Positions 47,090 through 56,778 of a stretch of DNA of 64,000 nucleotides are shown piece after piece. How positions within the stretch are numbered: position 1 is the first letter of the stretch; each line of letters starts with the position of its first letter. Position numbers and translations under genes: made by a program. The notes below the pieces were generated by a model. The model searched no databases and had not been told where the DNA came from. It was given only the letters and a program-made list of their open reading frames with translations. The stretch covers positions 85,354 to 149,353 of the forward strand of contig JAPHRO010000019.1 of assembly GCA_026195895.1 (NCBI GenBank). Reading direction: 5' to 3'. The DNA comes from Gammaproteobacteria bacterium. GTDB lineage: Bacteria; Pseudomonadota; Gammaproteobacteria; SZUA-229.

Positions 47090-47598
47090 CGCCTGCCCTG
47101 TTCATATTGGCGACTTTGCTCCGCTGCGTGGCTGGCCTTGTCAGTTTGATCAAGCTGCTCATAAGCGCGTGACATTAAAGTCCAGTTATAGGACTTTAAT
47201 GCATTATCACTGCTCGCCAGTGCGTTAGATTTCCGCGCCATCTGTATGGCCTGCTCCGGCTGCAGCTTACCCAGATAAACCACCGCCATACGCGTCCAGG
47301 CTTCCGCCTGCTTGGGATTAATACGCAACGCACGTTCAAGAACAACCACCGCTTCCGGCCACTGCTGGTAATCTATTTTTTCATCGGCCTGCTGAATAAG
47401 TGCCGCCATTGCTGGCGTTAGCTTTAGCGTCGTTCTATCCATACCAGTCGAAGATGGCTGCGCATGATCCTGCAATGGATCCCAGACCTCGGGTTGCGTG
47501 CTACATGACTGTAAAAAAAATGCTGACAGAAACAGGGCTAAATATCTGCTTAATCGAATAAGTCTTTCAGTGCATCCAGTATATTTCGAGATTTGCAT
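47086..47598 (-). CDS. TPR outer-membrane lipoprotein immediately downstream of mrcB (LpoP-like candidate)
   Basis: Lipobox FFLQSC, a polar linker, then TPR-like helices (AEAWTRMAVVYLGKLQPEQAI). Its ATG overlaps the mrcB 3' end by 49 nt, so the start is uncertain. Confidence 0.5.
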   Translation of the reverse strand: MQISKYTGCTERLIRLSRYLALFLSAFFLQSCSTQPEVWDPLQDHAQPSSTGMDRTTLKLTPAMAALIQQADEKIDYQQWPEAVVVLERALRINPKQAEAWTRMAVVYLGKLQPEQAIQMARKSNALASSDNALKSYNWTLMSRAYEQLDQTDKASHAAEQSRQYEQGRR

Positions 47599-49919
47599 TC
47601 AGCCCTCGGTAGTGAAACGGTGTTCGGTAAAAACGCTAATTCTACCGTACCTGCACAGCCTTTTTCAGAAATTCCACCGGTTTCTGAATCAATCCAGTGT
47701 TTGCGTACACCTTCTGGTGGAGTCAATTGTATATTTTCCAGTGGCAGCCGATTCATCAGATCGGTCCAGACTTTCAACGCACCGGTTGATCCGGTGAGTC
47801 CGGTATTCTGGTTGTCATCCCGGCCAACCCAGACGACCGTGACACGATCTTCCGAAAAACCGGCAAACCAGCTATCGCGTAAATCATCGGTGGTTCCCGT
47901 TTTTCCTGCGACGGCTGTATTCAGGTTATTTTTCAAAGCACTGGCCGTGCCAGCTTGAGTGACCTGGTGCAGCACGCTATTGAGTAGATATACGGCATCA
48001 GGATTGATAGATTGTTCGAGCTGCAGTGGATAGCGATTAAGCGGCCGCCCTTCCGGGCCCAGTACCGCACGAATAGCGCGCAAGGGCGAATGAAATCCTT
48101 TCGCCGCCAGAGTCTGATACATCTCGGCGACATCGAGCGGCGACAGATTAAATGCACCCAGGGTCATAGATGGATAGGGTGGCACATCTTTGACAACACC
48201 CAGATTTTTTAAAGTACGTACGATATCGGCAAGGCCAACATCCAGACCGAGTCTAACGGTAGGAATATTTCTTGATTGCAGCAGTGCCTGATACAGCAAA
48301 ATATCGCCGGTAAATTTTTTATCGTAATTCTGCGGCGACCAGACCTTGCCGTCACTGGCCTTAAGATGTAATGGACTATCATCCAGTTTTGAAGCCAGAT
48401 GATATTTGCCCGGCTGCTGCAGGGCGGCCAGATAAATAGCCGGTTTTATCAACGAACCAACCTGTCGGACTGCATCCAGCGAGCGATTAAAACCCGGGAA
48501 GCGTGGGTTTCGATCACCTATTAACGCCTGCACTTCGCCGTTTTCGGCGGATGCGACTATTACCGCAGTTTGTAACGCATCCGCACTGGCAGAATAACGT
48601 TCTAATTGTGGTATTACCTTGATAACTGATTTTTCAGCCGCCCGTTGCGCGACTGGATCCAGTGTGGTGAATATCCTTAAACCGGACGACTGTAAATCTT
48701 CGTCATCATAATCTTTACGTAACTGGCGTTTTACCAGGTCAATGAATGCGGGATATCGATTGCCACTGCTATAGGATTTAGGCGCTATGCCCAGCGGTTT
48801 TTGCTGATACCGGGCAAGCTGCGCCGCATTGATCACATTTTGCTCTAACATACTTGCTAAAACCTGATTACGTCGTTGCAATGCACGTTCAGGATTCCGT
48901 CGTGGATCGTACCAGGAGGCGCCTTTTACCAGGCCGACCAACAGGGCGATCTGATCCTTACTGAGTTTTTGTAGCGGCTTATCGAAATAATAATGACTTG
49001 CCAGGGCAAAACCATGAATCGCATTGGCACCATCCTGGCCAAGATACACTTCGTTAAGATAAGTTTCTAAAATAAGCGCCTTGTCGTAATGCATTTCCAG
49101 CAACAGGGCCATTATCGCTTCATTGAGTTTTCTCGATAACTTTCGTTCCGATGACAAAAATAAATTTTTAACGAGTTGCTGGGTCAGCGTACTACCGCCC
49201 TGCACCGTGCCACCGGCACTGATATTGGCCAGCAGTGCCCGCCCAATCGACCTTGGATCAATACCCCAGTGCTGGTAAAACCGTCGATCTTCGACCGCCA
49301 GTAAAGCAAGCACCAGGTATTCCGGTACTTCTTCCAGTTTCAGCAATTGCCGGTCCTGTGCTTTGGCCGGGTAAATACCGGCGATGCGTGCAGGTTCAAG
49401 CCTGACTAAAGGCATTTCCTTTCGGGTATAAAGCTCATAAATGCCATATATTTTTTCACCCGCCAGATCGATTCTAAGCGCCTGACTTTTCTGCTCACCA
49501 TCCCAAAACTGGAAGGGGCGGGTAATCAATTCAAAATGCTGATTTTTCCATTGCCGGTATTCACCCGGCCTGGTCGGTATCTGCTCCACCTGTCGATAAC
49601 CAGTCAACTTTAATTCATGCTCCAGTTGACTGGCTGAAAGCGGTTTATCAACAAATAATTCGAGTGGCCGGGCATATACATGGGACGGTAATGACCAGAT
49701 TTTACCTTCAAAAGCAGCCGTTATCTTAAAATCGAGATAAATCACGTATAGTGATGCAATAAGCATTAACAGGGCAAAACTGGATAAAAAATATTTGTTA
49801 GAGAAAATTCGCCCCACTGATATTTCAGGAAGTGATTTTCTGCGCGCAGGTCGCCGACGAGAATTGCGTGACGAGCTCTTTTTTCTGGCTCGTTTTTTTG
49901 TTGATGTTTTACTGGTCAT
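47550..49919 (-). CDS. mrcB: Penicillin-binding protein 1B (bifunctional glycosyltransferase/transpeptidase)
   Basis: 789 aa. Basic N-tail plus TM, a UB2H-like insert, GT51 motifs (EDRRFYQHWG, GGSTLTQQ), and TPase motifs SLIKP and KTGTT. Confidence 0.9.
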   Translation of the reverse strand: MTSKTSTKKRARKKSSSRNSRRRPARRKSLPEISVGRIFSNKYFLSSFALLMLIASLYVIYLDFKITAAFEGKIWSLPSHVYARPLELFVDKPLSASQLEHELKLTGYRQVEQIPTRPGEYRQWKNQHFELITRPFQFWDGEQKSQALRIDLAGEKIYGIYELYTRKEMPLVRLEPARIAGIYPAKAQDRQLLKLEEVPEYLVLALLAVEDRRFYQHWGIDPRSIGRALLANISAGGTVQGGSTLTQQLVKNLFLSSERKLSRKLNEAIMALLLEMHYDKALILETYLNEVYLGQDGANAIHGFALASHYYFDKPLQKLSKDQIALLVGLVKGASWYDPRRNPERALQRRNQVLASMLEQNVINAAQLARYQQKPLGIAPKSYSSGNRYPAFIDLVKRQLRKDYDDEDLQSSGLRIFTTLDPVAQRAAEKSVIKVIPQLERYSASADALQTAVIVASAENGEVQALIGDRNPRFPGFNRSLDAVRQVGSLIKPAIYLAALQQPGKYHLASKLDDSPLHLKASDGKVWSPQNYDKKFTGDILLYQALLQSRNIPTVRLGLDVGLADIVRTLKNLGVVKDVPPYPSMTLGAFNLSPLDVAEMYQTLAAKGFHSPLRAIRAVLGPEGRPLNRYPLQLEQSINPDAVYLLNSVLHQVTQAGTASALKNNLNTAVAGKTGTTDDLRDSWFAGFSEDRVTVVWVGRDDNQNTGLTGSTGALKVWTDLMNRLPLENIQLTPPEGVRKHWIDSETGGISEKGCAGTVELAFLPNTVSLPRAECKSRNILDALKDLFD

Positions 49920-50028
49920 ATCAGGGGCATACTATACACAAATACAGGGGCTTTTTCTGCTGACTATCATGATCCAGAATAAAAGTGTTAAATTAAAATC
50001 CAACGGCTAACAAACGCATTGTTTTGGA

Positions 50029-50061
50029 CAAAAAAAAAGCAGCAACATTAAGTCACTGCTC
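50029..50061 (-). terminator. Terminator of the Sel1-repeat gene
   Basis: The minus strand reads agcag-(13 nt)-ctgct followed by T9. The stem is short. Confidence 0.55.
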
Positions 50062-50099
50062 TCTAAAATTTAAATCTAAATTAAAATTGGAAATTATTG

Positions 50100-50987
50100 T
50101 TATTTGCAGGTAGACAGGAATCTGGCCTTTTTACCTTTGCAGGGATCTGCATCAAAGCTTGCGCTTTCTTTCTTTTCATCCTGTTTAGTAACCTGCACAA
50201 TTTTAGCTTTTTCAGCTCTTTCTCTTTCAAGTTTTTCCTGCTCAGCCGCTGCCGCTTTTGATTCTGCACTTTCCTGTTCGCGACGACGTTTCTCCGCCTC
50301 TCTTCGGCTCGCTGCTTTACGCTCAGCCTCACGTTTAGCGGCCAGTTCTCGTTGCCTGGCTTCTTTTTCTTTTTGCGCTTTTGCCGCAGCCAGCTCTTTT
50401 TCTTTTCGCTCAGCCTCCTGTTTTTTTCGTGCTTCTTCTTCTGCAACAGCACGTCGTTTGGCCGAGCGGTCGCTGATACGCGCCTGTTCCTCTTCTACTG
50501 CAATGGCCTCATGTTCTGCTTCAGGTATGCCATTAAATGCCGCCTTATTTAACCAGCTGGCTGCATTATTCAAATTTTTGGGTACACCGATACCTGACGC
50601 ATACATCTTGCCAAGAAAATATTGTGCATCAGCATTTCCCGAGGCCGCTTCTTTACGTAAAACAGCCACCTGATCTTTCCGAGGGGCATTCATGCCATGA
50701 GCTTTAATATCGAGATATAGAATTTTATAAGATGCTTTTAGATGCTCCTTGGCCGCGGCTTTTTCAAACCATTGCCTGGCTTTCTCAAGATCTTTGGGTA
50801 CCCCTTTACCCAGCTCATACATTTCACCTACTTTATACTGGGCCTCAGGATTTCCCTGTTCTGCCAGTTTAAACTGAAAACGAAATACCCCGGCAGATAC
50901 GTCCGAGAAGACAATAGGGATTCCGGCATGGGTGGGTACAGACAGGCCCAATGCTACACTGAAAATTAGAAATGAAATGATACGCAT
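50100..50987 (-). CDS. Secreted Sel1-repeat protein with long K/E/A/R-rich charged C-terminal tail
   Basis: Signal peptide ending THA-G. Two Sel1-like units (AQYKVGEMYELGKGVPKDLEKARQWFEKAA and AQYFLGKMYASGIGVPKNLNNAASWLNKAA). The charged tail is about 130 aa and ends CKGKKARFLSTCK. Confidence 0.75.
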   Translation of the reverse strand: MRIISFLIFSVALGLSVPTHAGIPIVFSDVSAGVFRFQFKLAEQGNPEAQYKVGEMYELGKGVPKDLEKARQWFEKAAAKEHLKASYKILYLDIKAHGMNAPRKDQVAVLRKEAASGNADAQYFLGKMYASGIGVPKNLNNAASWLNKAAFNGIPEAEHEAIAVEEEQARISDRSAKRRAVAEEEARKKQEAERKEKELAAAKAQKEKEARQRELAAKREAERKAASRREAEKRRREQESAESKAAAAEQEKLERERAEKAKIVQVTKQDEKKESASFDADPCKGKKARFLSTCK

Positions 50988-51047
50988 TACTACACCTATG
51001 TGGTGTTATCGTTAATAATAGTTTTTATTCATTTGCTACAACAAACT

Positions 51048-51079
51048 GTCGTAATATTCCAGTCAGGGAATATTACGAC
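51048..51079. terminator. 13-bp perfect inverted repeat (porin terminator or operator)
   Basis: gtcgtaatattcc-agtcag-ggaatattacgac. Lies between the porin-like gene stop (51134) and the Sel1 gene start (50987). Confidence 0.55.
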
Positions 51080-51133
51080 ATATAGGTCATCATGACCGAA
51101 AAAACCAGTCCAGAAGACCGTTTAAATAGATGA

Positions 51134-52273
51134 TTAGAAAATCACATCGATGGACATACTGATTATAGATCCGGAATCTTCACCGGTTGGCAATGCACCA
51201 CTGAAGAAACCTGTATTGCCTGCAGGTACTGCGTCTACGTTCACTGTCTGGTATTCCATCTTCAGAGCCGCACTATCATTAAGCTCGTATCGCAAACCAA
51301 GGGTAACAGAATCCTGATTCACTCCAGGGTCGCCACCAGTCACAGGCTCCGCTTCTGAATCAGCAAAAGTGATGTGGGGTAAATATTTACCCATGCGATA
51401 CCCCAGTGTTACATAAAATGCGTCCTGATCGGGGAATAATGTATCCATACGGGCCGGATCTGTGGCTGCATCTGGTTCAATATCACGGGTCACATATTCT
51501 GAATAAAGTACGAAATTATTAATATCCAGCGAGAAACCTGCACTGACCAGGGTTGCTGTTCCCATGGAGCTTAAGGGCATGGTCGATAAATAAGGAGCAG
51601 GAGCACCAGCAGGATCGGCAACCAGCATCGTACCATTAACATTAACATCGGTATCCAGGTAACTGATCTGGAACGTAAAGGCTGGATTACTGATCTGTAT
51701 CGCCGCACCATAAAAATTCTCGGCATTAAATGTCAGCCCGGGCTGACCTGGAACTACATCAGTATTACTACCCAGATAAGGCTGGAACGTCAGGTTATAG
51801 CCTCTTACGTTCGTCTGAAATAACATTTCCATGCCGTTTATGGTATTGACTGGATTGTTTCGATAGACTTCCTGCGGTGGACGAATCCAGGGATAGGCAT
51901 AACCCACTTCAAAATAGTCAGAGATCAGGAATACGGGTTCTTTGACTTTACCGCCCCGCAAACTGACTGATTCACTCAGTGCGTAATCAAGGTAAGCCCA
52001 CTCAACATCAAGGTCATAGTTGTCGTCGGCGCCGGCCGCCAGTATCTGCGAAACCACCTGCATATTTTCGCTAACATCAGCCGTTACCTGCAAACCAAAT
52101 TTTGAATCATTATCAAAACTGACGTCATCGGTGATGCCATCAAGATAGGTTACGTTGTCCTGATCGTGTATTGAAAACCCAGCTGTTAAAAATCCATCAA
52201 ACTCAATGGCATGAGCTGAGTTCCCTGCTAGCATGCCTCCTATCACAGCTGAATATAAAAATGCCTTTTTCAT
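51134..52273 (-). CDS. Predicted outer-membrane beta-barrel protein (porin-like, family unassigned)
   Basis: Signal peptide ending SAHA-I, alternating amphipathic beta-strand pattern, abundant Gly/Asp/Tyr, and a C-terminal ...MSIDVIF with terminal Phe. Confidence 0.6.
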   Translation of the reverse strand: MKKAFLYSAVIGGMLAGNSAHAIEFDGFLTAGFSIHDQDNVTYLDGITDDVSFDNDSKFGLQVTADVSENMQVVSQILAAGADDNYDLDVEWAYLDYALSESVSLRGGKVKEPVFLISDYFEVGYAYPWIRPPQEVYRNNPVNTINGMEMLFQTNVRGYNLTFQPYLGSNTDVVPGQPGLTFNAENFYGAAIQISNPAFTFQISYLDTDVNVNGTMLVADPAGAPAPYLSTMPLSSMGTATLVSAGFSLDINNFVLYSEYVTRDIEPDAATDPARMDTLFPDQDAFYVTLGYRMGKYLPHITFADSEAEPVTGGDPGVNQDSVTLGLRYELNDSAALKMEYQTVNVDAVPAGNTGFFSGALPTGEDSGSIISMSIDVIF

Positions 52274-52338
52274 CGCATAGCCTCTTGGTTATTCTTTAGA
52301 TCTAATACTCATTTGTTATTTAAAAATTGCAGATATAC

Positions 52339-52380
52339 TAATGAAATTATTAGAATTATCAGGAATATAGTTAATGAAAT
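52339..52380 (+). repeat. Exact 9-nt direct repeat TAATGAAAT x2 in the AT-rich porin upstream region
   Basis: Copies at 52339-52347 and 52372-52380, with starts 33 nt apart. Confidence 0.5.
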
Positions 52381-52502
52381 GCAATAGGTCAAATAAGCTT
52401 TTAATTATTTGATAATTCTTTTAAATCAAGAAAAAGCATCGGCTATTGCATAAATTGCTCAAATATATAACTGTATCTATTTGTTTTTATTAAATAAATA
52501 AT

Positions 52503-52524
52503 AAAAACAGGGCCGCTAGCAGCC
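52503..52524 (-). terminator. Weak terminator after der
   Basis: The minus strand reads ggctgctagcggcc (5-bp stem including a G-U pair), then ctgttttt. Confidence 0.4.
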
Positions 52525-52525
52525 A

Positions 52526-53950
52526 TTATTTAGCGCGTTTTTTCTTTGTCGTATGGGATTTTTTTAATGATTTATTTTGACGCTTATCACCCTGTTTACG
52601 GCTTCGGTAACTTTCTGACTCCGCATTTTTCCGCCCTGAAAACGGATTGTCACCCGTTTTAAATTCCAGTCGCATCGGTGTGCCTTTCAACTTTAACGCA
52701 TCAATGAAGAAATTCATTAGATACCGCTTATAAGACGCGGGAATCAAATCAGTCTGATTACCATGGATCACAATAACCGGGGGATTCTGACCGCCCTGAT
52801 GTGCATATCGAAGCTTAATTCTTCGCCCTCTAACCAGCGGCAACTGGTGGCTGCTGGTTGCTTTATCAAGAATTCGTGTCAATTCAGGGGTCGATAATTT
52901 TTTAGTCGCCGAGTTATAAGCCTTGTCGATGGCTTTGTACAATAAGCCCACGTTCGAGCCATGCAAAGCTGAAATAAAAAATATTTCAGCATACTGAATA
53001 AAATCCAGCCGCTGTTCCAGACTTTCCCTGATCTGACGCTTTTCATAATCATCCAGACCATCCCATTTATTAATAGCAATCACCAGTGCCTTACCGGCAT
53101 CAACGATGTAGCTGAGCAAATGCAGATCCTGGTCTGAAATACTCTCTCGTGCATCAATCATCAACACCGCTACATTAGACTGGTCGATTGCCTGCAAAGT
53201 CTTGATGACACTAAACTTCTCGACCGTTTCTTTTACTTTTTTCCGACGCCTGACACCTGCGGTATCGATTAGCGTGTAGCGCTTGCCATTATGCTCAAAT
53301 GGAACAAAAATACTGTCTCGCGTGGTGCCTGGCATATCCATCACCACGACACGCTCTTCCCCGGTAATTCGATTTATCAGAGTTGATTTCCCCACATTAG
53401 GCTTACCAACTACTGCGACTCGAATACCGCTGGCTTTATCTTCCACAAGGTCGTCCCAGTCCTGCCACTCACCTAGCAGCGCATCCACCAGGTTTTTAAC
53501 ACCACGACCATGCGACGCCGATATGGAACAAATATCACTGAATCCTAAAGTATAAAAATCGGCCTCAGCTTTGGTCAGATCCATACCATCGATCTTGTTA
53601 ATAACCAGATGGACAGTTTTACCCATTTTACGAATTTGCCGCGCGATACCTTCATCGGCGGCAGTCAGTCCATCGCGGGCATCAACCAGAAACAGGACGA
53701 TATTCGCCTCTTCAATGGCTAGCAGCGTTTGCTGAGCCATACGCTCATCAAGCTCTTCCGACTCACCACTCAAACCACCGGTATCAATCACGATGTAAGG
53801 TCTTGTCTGGTACAGGCCATGACCGTATTTACGATCCCGTGTCAGACCAGGAAAATTGGCCACCAGCGCATCACGCGTTCTGGTTAACACGTTAAACAGC
53901 GTGGATTTCCCAACATTAGGGCGACCAACCAGGGCAATTACGGGCAGCAT
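52526..53950 (-). CDS. der: Ribosome-associated GTPase Der (EngA)
   Basis: Two GTPase domains (GRPNVGKST and GKPNVGKST), a KH-like domain, and a basic C-terminal tail. Confidence 0.95.
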   Translation of the reverse strand: MLPVIALVGRPNVGKSTLFNVLTRTRDALVANFPGLTRDRKYGHGLYQTRPYIVIDTGGLSGESEELDERMAQQTLLAIEEANIVLFLVDARDGLTAADEGIARQIRKMGKTVHLVINKIDGMDLTKAEADFYTLGFSDICSISASHGRGVKNLVDALLGEWQDWDDLVEDKASGIRVAVVGKPNVGKSTLINRITGEERVVVMDMPGTTRDSIFVPFEHNGKRYTLIDTAGVRRRKKVKETVEKFSVIKTLQAIDQSNVAVLMIDARESISDQDLHLLSYIVDAGKALVIAINKWDGLDDYEKRQIRESLEQRLDFIQYAEIFFISALHGSNVGLLYKAIDKAYNSATKKLSTPELTRILDKATSSHQLPLVRGRRIKLRYAHQGGQNPPVIVIHGNQTDLIPASYKRYLMNFFIDALKLKGTPMRLEFKTGDNPFSGRKNAESESYRSRKQGDKRQNKSLKKSHTTKKKRAK

Positions 53951-53989
53951 AGTTTTATAAAACTCTAAGAGATACTAAAGTACGGATCA

Positions 53990-54017
53990 TCAAAAAAGGC
54001 CAGTATCAACTGGCCTT
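53990..54017 (-). terminator. Rho-independent terminator of the ydgA-like gene
   Basis: The minus strand reads aaggccag-ttgata-ctggcctt followed by TTTTT. Confidence 0.75.
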
Positions 54018-54059
54018 CACATTTTGGTTATTTTACCGCAAAAAAGACGGAATGGATAT

Positions 54060-55505
54060 TTAAGGAGAAGGCGTTGGCGCCATTTGCGACATAATCTGCT
54101 GCATTGGATCAACTGATTTATCGTTCAATGTCATCAACCCCTGATGCAGACTAATCTGGCTTTTATAAATTCCATCAGCAAATTTCAACCAGTTTTCATC
54201 CAGCATGCCCTGGAGGTTTTCAGTCACTTTTTGTTCCAGTTCAATACCTGCTTCCACCTGCTGACTTGATTTGCTACCTACTGCCTGTAGCTGTTCCTGG
54301 TGGCTTACAATTTGCCATTCTACCAGTTGACGCATTAAAGCCTCGTCGACACTGAAATCCACATCCAGCTTTATAGCATTAAGCATGAACAGCGGATCAG
54401 CCGGTGTGTTGGTATCCAGTCCATCTACGGATAAATCCAGATTGGCCTCAAGTGCACCCATTTCACTTTGAATGCTCAGCGGCTTGATTTTAATTTCTGC
54501 CTGCTTGAACATATCCGGCAGCAATCCCATTAACTGCCCCGCCATCATCGCATTGATCTGCTCAGGGGGTATACCCTGCTGTATTTTTGCTTCTATTTCT
54601 TTTTGTGCAGCCTGTACTTGCTTAATGCTATTCGCGTTTAACCCATTGACACTAAAATTAAACGCCACCGGCCCCAGTTGCTGATTTGAAGCATAAATTT
54701 CTCTTACATTTAGCTGCGCCTGTGAATCAACCAGCACCCCATGCTCTGAAGCCATTGAACGCAGATTTACATTATGCATTGCAAATTGTTCACCCGCTGA
54801 TTTTATATCCAGACTGGTCAGCGAAATAACAGAGTCTCCCATCATCAGATCATTTTGACCCATATTGCCGTGAAAACTTATATTCACTCCCCGCACAGCA
54901 ATGTCAGTATCAGCTTCTATCAGATTAAAACTCGGCATATTGATTTCACCAGTAACTGTTCCATTGACTGATGAGTACTTCTGATTAAACCCCATACCTG
55001 AAGATTGCACATTTAAAACACCTGCATCCTGAGGGATAGTTGCATTTACCGGCGGCATATAACCCTGCACATCCAGGTTGCCTGTAAAATCAATAATAGC
55101 CTGGTAAACCAGTGGTTGCTGGCCAGAAAACATTTGTTGCACCATGGTCGCCATTTCAGCAGATGACAGTATTTTGCCTTTCACTACTGCAGCGACAAGA
55201 GGAGATTTACCCTGATTTAACAATCCCAGATAGACAGGACCATGAATAATTTCTTCGCTTAACTGAATTGTTTCTGGTGCATTCGGTAACTGTAATTCAA
55301 GTATCACGCTGGATGAAAAATAACCTCGATCATATCGGGCTATTCGCATATCGACCTGCATCATCCTGGACAAATTATTCAACATAAGCGAATAATCGTT
55401 CTGGATTTTAAAACCTAGCGCAAACGGACTAGCAATCAAAACCGCCAATAAAACCACAAAAAACCACAGCAATATTTCAACCAGGCTGACTTTTTTAGTG
55501 CTCAT
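54060..55505 (-). CDS. YdgA-like (DUF945) membrane-anchored protein
   Basis: 481 aa with an N-terminal TM. The YDRGYFSSSVILELQL block is typical of DUF945. Confidence 0.6.
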   Translation of the reverse strand: MSTKKVSLVEILLWFFVVLLAVLIASPFALGFKIQNDYSLMLNNLSRMMQVDMRIARYDRGYFSSSVILELQLPNAPETIQLSEEIIHGPVYLGLLNQGKSPLVAAVVKGKILSSAEMATMVQQMFSGQQPLVYQAIIDFTGNLDVQGYMPPVNATIPQDAGVLNVQSSGMGFNQKYSSVNGTVTGEINMPSFNLIEADTDIAVRGVNISFHGNMGQNDLMMGDSVISLTSLDIKSAGEQFAMHNVNLRSMASEHGVLVDSQAQLNVREIYASNQQLGPVAFNFSVNGLNANSIKQVQAAQKEIEAKIQQGIPPEQINAMMAGQLMGLLPDMFKQAEIKIKPLSIQSEMGALEANLDLSVDGLDTNTPADPLFMLNAIKLDVDFSVDEALMRQLVEWQIVSHQEQLQAVGSKSSQQVEAGIELEQKVTENLQGMLDENWLKFADGIYKSQISLHQGLMTLNDKSVDPMQQIMSQMAPTPSP

Positions 55506-55638
55506 TTCATTCCTTATTAATATGAGTTATAAGAATTTAAAAGAGTATAGGCGAAATCAAAAATACCGCAGGCTCTTTTTATTTAATGGGAAACACCCCG
55601 CAAAAACTGCCGCAAGGATATAATAATTCAGAGATAGC

Positions 55639-56778
55639 TTATTTAAATTCAACTTGAAAAGCAGCCAAACGACCTTCCCGATTAATTACATAGAGTCGAT
55701 TTTCTCTGACTATAGGTGGTACCAGGATGCCGGTATCGTCAAATTGAATTCGCGCAATGAAACGACCATCATATTGTGACAACCAGTGCAAATAGCCTTC
55801 AAAATCTGCAACCACTATCGTTTCATCCATAATTACCGGTTTAGTAAGCTGGCGAGCTTTAAGCTTTTCCTGCTGCCATAAGGTAGCACCATTGGAGCTA
55901 TCGAGCGCCCAGATCAGGTCCCGTCCATCAGAACTAAATAATGATGAGTTATTTACTGAAACCCCAGTGTACGTCGATAATTTTCGAGTCCATAATAATT
56001 CTCCACGGCGCACATCGACGGCAACCACTCTACCCTGGTAACTGCCAACGTAAAGCACACCATTTTCAAGTACCGCATCACCATCGATGTCTACCACACG
56101 CTCCAGTTCTGAACGCCCCTGAGGAACAGCGACTGTTATATCAAAAACAGATCGACCATCTTTTGTTGACAAGGCCACCAGCCGACCATTATCCAGGCCA
56201 TTATAAATACGGCCTCGATCAACGACGGGGGAGCTATTACCACGCAAGCTTAATTTAGGTACGTCACGCTTGAAGTTCCAGTTATCTTTGCCTGTAGCAA
56301 GTTCAAGCGCTGTAATTTGACCATCCACGCTACGTACAATAACTTTTCCATCAGCAATAACGGGCGGCACTAAAATCTCGCTAGAGACGCTGACACGCCA
56401 CTTTATTGCACCTTCCGCATCCAGCAATATAACTTCACCTTCGCTACTACTAACCAGAATATTTTGCTGATTCCCTCCTACACCGGCACTTAATCTGGTA
56501 TTTAGCTCAACTTTCCAAAGCTCTTTACCATCTTCAAGATTTATTGCCGTAACATCACCATTCCTGTCGGCAACAATTAAGCTATCATCCAGCAGAAGAG
56601 GATATAGTTTTAGAAATTGTTGCTGAACGCCATCGCCGATAGATACCGACCATAGCTTTTCAACTTTTGCTGTTGCTGCAAAAACTGTCAGTTCAGCAGG
56701 CGGTTCGGAGTTGTCTTCCTCTGAGCCACAGGCGCTAATGAGCGTGATCATTAGTAAAATAAGTAATCGTTTTATCAT
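55639..56778 (-). CDS. bamB: Outer membrane protein assembly factor BamB
   Basis: Lipobox LISACG, an eight-bladed PQQ-like repeat pattern, and yfgM-bamB-der synteny. Confidence 0.9.
   Translation of the reverse strand: MIKRLLILLMITLISACGSEEDNSEPPAELTVFAATAKVEKLWSVSIGDGVQQQFLKLYPLLLDDSLIVADRNGDVTAINLEDGKELWKVELNTRLSAGVGGNQQNILVSSSEGEVILLDAEGAIKWRVSVSSEILVPPVIADGKVIVRSVDGQITALELATGKDNWNFKRDVPKLSLRGNSSPVVDRGRIYNGLDNGRLVALSTKDGRSVFDITVAVPQGRSELERVVDIDGDAVLENGVLYVGSYQGRVVAVDVRRGELLWTRKLSTYTGVSVNNSSLFSSDGRDLIWALDSSNGATLWQQEKLKARQLTKPVIMDETIVVADFEGYLHWLSQYDGRFIARIQFDDTGILVPPIVRENRLYVINREGRLAAFQVEFK

Noticed and set aside
50104-50673. A 189-aa plus-strand ORF and the 50081-50452 minus-strand ORF inside the Sel1-repeat gene.
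   Set aside because: They arise from the GAA/AAG/GCN-biased low-complexity tail, which keeps several frames open. Only the frame with a signal peptide and Sel1 repeats is credible.
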